A stretch of DNA of 64,000 nt from positions 248,001 through 312,000 of the forward strand of contig JAKMXF010000316.1 of the NCBI GenBank assembly GCA_024704765.1. The letters are read 5' to 3'. The stretch comes from Oopsacas minuta. Taxonomy: Eukaryota > Animalia > Porifera. The notes beneath the pieces are model-generated. The model had not been told where the DNA came from. It worked only from the letters and a program-made list of their open reading frames with translations, and ran no database searches. Of this stretch, positions 60,909 to 64,000 are shown piece after piece. Positions within the stretch are counted from its first letter, which is position 1. Each line of letters begins with the position of its first letter. A program made the position numbers and the translations under genes.

Positions 60909-62706
60909 ATCATCATCTCAAATTTGTAACATGAATTGAATAATGCACGCATTCGATGTCTAACCTGTATTTTGTTTTTATTAGTCTTTTCTATATATCC
61001 TGTATGTTATCCTCATCCAAACCACATCTTAACCTCGAACAACGTTCGAAGATCCTCAAGCTGTCCGAGGAAGGCTTGGCCGAACGAGCGATAGCCAGAG
61101 AGATGGGAACTAGCAAAGGGACCGTCAGCAGTTGAAGCGGCAGCAGAAGGATATCGAAAAGCTCAGGGAAGATCGTACAGATCAACCCGCAGTATGAAGA
61201 CATCGAAAATGCTGTGGTGAGCTTCATTGAGTGGCGAAGGAGAGGGGTATGTCAGTCACTGGTCCCATGTTGACGGAGTTAGGCAAGTGAGAAGCGACTA
61301 AGCGTGGCATCAATAACTTCAAGGCTTCAGAAGGCTGGCTTGATAAGGTGAAGAAGAGACACAGGATTGTCAGAAAGAACTAGAGTGGAGAGGCGGCTGC
61401 TGTGGACAAGTAACTGGTTAAGAACTGGATGGAGGAATTGTCTGATATATTGAAAGAATATGGGATGAAAGAGGTTTTTAATTGCAACGAGACCGTCCTA
61501 ATCTTCAAACAAGCTATGAAGAAATCTCTGGTCAGGGCTGGGGACAGTGGTCACGGGAAGAAGGTTCAGAAAGAACGGCTGACTGTGCTCATCTGCTGCT
61601 CATGGATGGGGGAGAAGGGAAAGCTTTTGATGATCGGAAAGGCAGTGAACCCGAGAGCTCTCAAAGGCGCCAATTTTGGAAAGTTGCCTGTAATTTACCG
61701 GTCACAGAAATTTGCATGGATGACTGGTCGCATATTCAAGGAGTGGCTTCGAGACTTCGACTGCAGGATGAGCGCCCAGGGCCGAAACGTGCTGCTCACC
61801 ATGGAAATGCAGGGGTACATAATATGCGTGATATTTCGCTAAAGGCAGTCAAGCTCGTGTACTTCCCCAAGAATACTAAGTCGTGCATTCAGCCATGTGA
61901 CGCAGGGATAATTCAAGCTCTAAAACTGAAGTACAGAGAGCAGCTCCATAACCATATACTCGGCTGCCTATCTAGCGAGCAGACCGCTGATGACGACCCC
62001 CTCAAGGCCATCAACATCGCATTGGTCATGGTGTGGATTTTTCGGGCCTGGAAAAAAGTCGAGAAACGTATAATTTCGAAATGCTTCGGAAACCGCGGAT
62101 TTTGTAAGGTCGGTATAGTGGCCGATCTCGCTCCTGCGATGAAGTTCGGGTATTGCGATGAGTTAGAACAGGAGGAACTGGACATGCAGGTCCGGGAGGA
62201 TGATGACAAGGTCTTATTCTCTCCTCAAGAGACTCCGAGGCTCTATTCGATATGGCTATGCTCGACAACTCTACAGTTGCGGACTCCGGAGGAGACAAAA
62301 TGGATCTCAGCGATATCGGAGAAGTGGAAGAAATCGCGCCTGAAGCCCCAAGGAACTCCGAGGCTCTCGCTGCTATCAGGACACTGCAAATGTACGCCAT
62401 GTTTCGTGTAGATGAAAACGCCATCGGTGATACTATTGACCGCGCTAACTCATCACAGACCGAATGGCCTCTGAGCTTCGCCAGACGAGCATCACTGAGT
62501 TCTTCAACGATTCTGAACAATGATATTAACTTGACTGGTGATTGACTGTGACTATGAATGCTTAATGTGAACTGTATATCTACCGCCTATGCGTTACGTT
62601 TGGAAATGTGGGTACATTTTAAAGACTCTCACGAATTGGGGCACTCTCCCGAACTGGGGCACTTGTTCGGGCTACTTTTTGTGCCCCAGTTCTCGAGGTT
62701 CCACCG
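60653..62706 (+). mobile_element. pogo/Tigger transposon, full length, defective
   Basis: 26-bp TIR CAGTGGAACCTCGAGAACTGGGGCAC (1 mismatch), TA flanks. CENP-B-like HTHs (ERAIAREMGTSKGTV; FKASEGWL.K.KKRH) and DDE_1 motifs (FNCNET, QPCDAGII) with stops and frameshifts. Confidence 0.92.
60831..60906. repeat. (TG)38 microsatellite
   Basis: Uninterrupted TG run inside the 5' region of the Tigger element. Confidence 0.97.
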
Positions 62707-63189
62707 TATACAATAGAACTCGGTTTAGGGACACTCGTTTGGGGAATAAAAGGTACGTATTAACAGAAGTAGGTCATATTCGAGTCAGTATTAACCTAGG
62801 TTCTCAGTATCGGATTGATTCTATATACATAGTATACGAATAATTACCTCAAAATTTTCAATAAAAGTAGAGCATTATCCTGATTTTTAACGAAAAGATA
62901 ACTATAATTTTGTCATTTGAATCAAATTTGATGATATAAAGGATTTAGACTGTACTTCGAATTGAGTACGTCTTATCAGAGTATAATTCAAACCATTTTA
63001 TTCATTGGGAGAAAATTTAGTATATCTTACCCGATTGTACGTTTTATTCGAAAACATAATAATAGAATCATGTATAATGGATTAGATATGAGAAAATTTG
63101 GGTATTTGAGACAGTACGTCCTATACGGAAAAAGTCTTTAAGCCGAGTGCCTCTTAATCGAGTTCTACTGTTTAAATGTTTTAGGTAAG

Positions 63190-63385
63190 GAATTGATGAA
63201 GAAACTGGAAGACCCTTAGGCCCGATTTTTGGCATACAGGAGGTGTACTTTGGGCCTGGCTCGGATAAGTTAGTGACGAGTATGTCCCGTCACTTAGCGA
63301 GCAAAAAGCACCACAAATTTAGCTGTTTCATAGTTATGCAAAAAGCAAGGTGCGAAAGCTCAAGGATACTTGCGCAAGTCTAGTC
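63190..63385 (+). mobile_element. Internally deleted copy of the Helitron-like family at 46.7-47.9 kb
   Basis: GGAATTGATGAAGAAACTGGAAGACC...TTTGGGCCTGGCTCGGA...AAATTTAGCTGTTT...GCGCAAGTCTAG. Confidence 0.55.
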
Positions 63386-64000
63386 ATGTGATAAATTATA
63401 TAGATGCAGATTGGAAATTGTCAATATAGGAATGTACAGACTCGATTACCCTTAACAAACAGTTGTAACGTAATTTCTCAGCACCTTGAAAAATTCTGTC
63501 ACTTCTTCATTAACCTTAATCTCAAGGTAGTCGGCTCCACATTTGAAATTATAGGTGTTGAAGGCATATATTGTGAATTTTGGAACAAATGTTTTTTGGG
63601 TAATTTGAACATGCTGAATCTAAAAATCTGATATAGAAACAGAAATATTGACCTAAAAAATATTTTAAATAGCTGATATATCTGCCAGGAGATAACCTTT
63701 TCAAAATTCAATGAGTCAACTGCTACCACCATATTCTTAATCGACATGAAATTTCGAGTAATATGCAGGGTATTGACCATATTCCGACCACTTTGAAGAA
63801 TGTACAGTAGAACATACCTGCGCTGTCGAGGAGAAAAATGTCCCAAACATAGTCATGTGGTCCCAATAATGAAAGTAATTATATGCTGATCATGAATATC
63901 TGCATAGAAAATCGATTCGACTGAAACACGAATGTTATATGCTTAATGTATTTTATAAAGTTAGTGAAGGGTCAATATTATAAATACAAAACGTGGATTC

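Noticed and set aside
62026-62520. 164-aa minus-strand ORF, and similar shadow ORFs (5667-5936, 10323-10600, 12197-13122, 56271-56612, 59646-59960)
   Set aside because: Antisense to recognised transposase frames; no independent motifs.
63404-63846. ORFs near the right end as upstream CFAP46 exons
   Set aside because: No convincing similarity to the CFAP46 N-terminus; candidate splice combinations contain stops, and part of the region matches a dispersed repeat also seen at ~59230.

Overview
AT-rich eukaryotic (metazoan-like) genomic DNA. An invertebrate such as a flatworm is plausible, but that is inference. The window is a dense nest of mostly decayed cut-and-paste DNA transposons lying in and beyond large introns of a minus-strand host gene resembling CFAP46 (cilia/flagella-associated protein 46). 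Exons are at 58672-59041 (clear), 46413-46691 (probable) and about 40992-41242 (possible). Elements with definable ends: two DD34D mariners, a DD37D maT, a pogo/Tigger, two Chapaev3 elements (one a single stop codon from intact), several MITEs and Helitron-like units. There is also a 9.8-kb Mutator/NOF-like element with ~365-bp TIRs and a 9-bp TSD that encodes an OTU cysteine-protease domain. Nested in that Mutator is a GC-rich FLYWCH-MULE whose transposase gene is present as a tail-to-tail palindrome (~1.35-kb arms, 48-bp spacer, patchy arm identity), architecturally like a Mu-killer hairpin silencer. A second, near-perfect 676-bp inverted duplication lies inside the CFAP46 intron. No CRISPR array, rRNA or tRNA was recognised. 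All identities and family calls were made by eye or from recalled motifs, not by database search.
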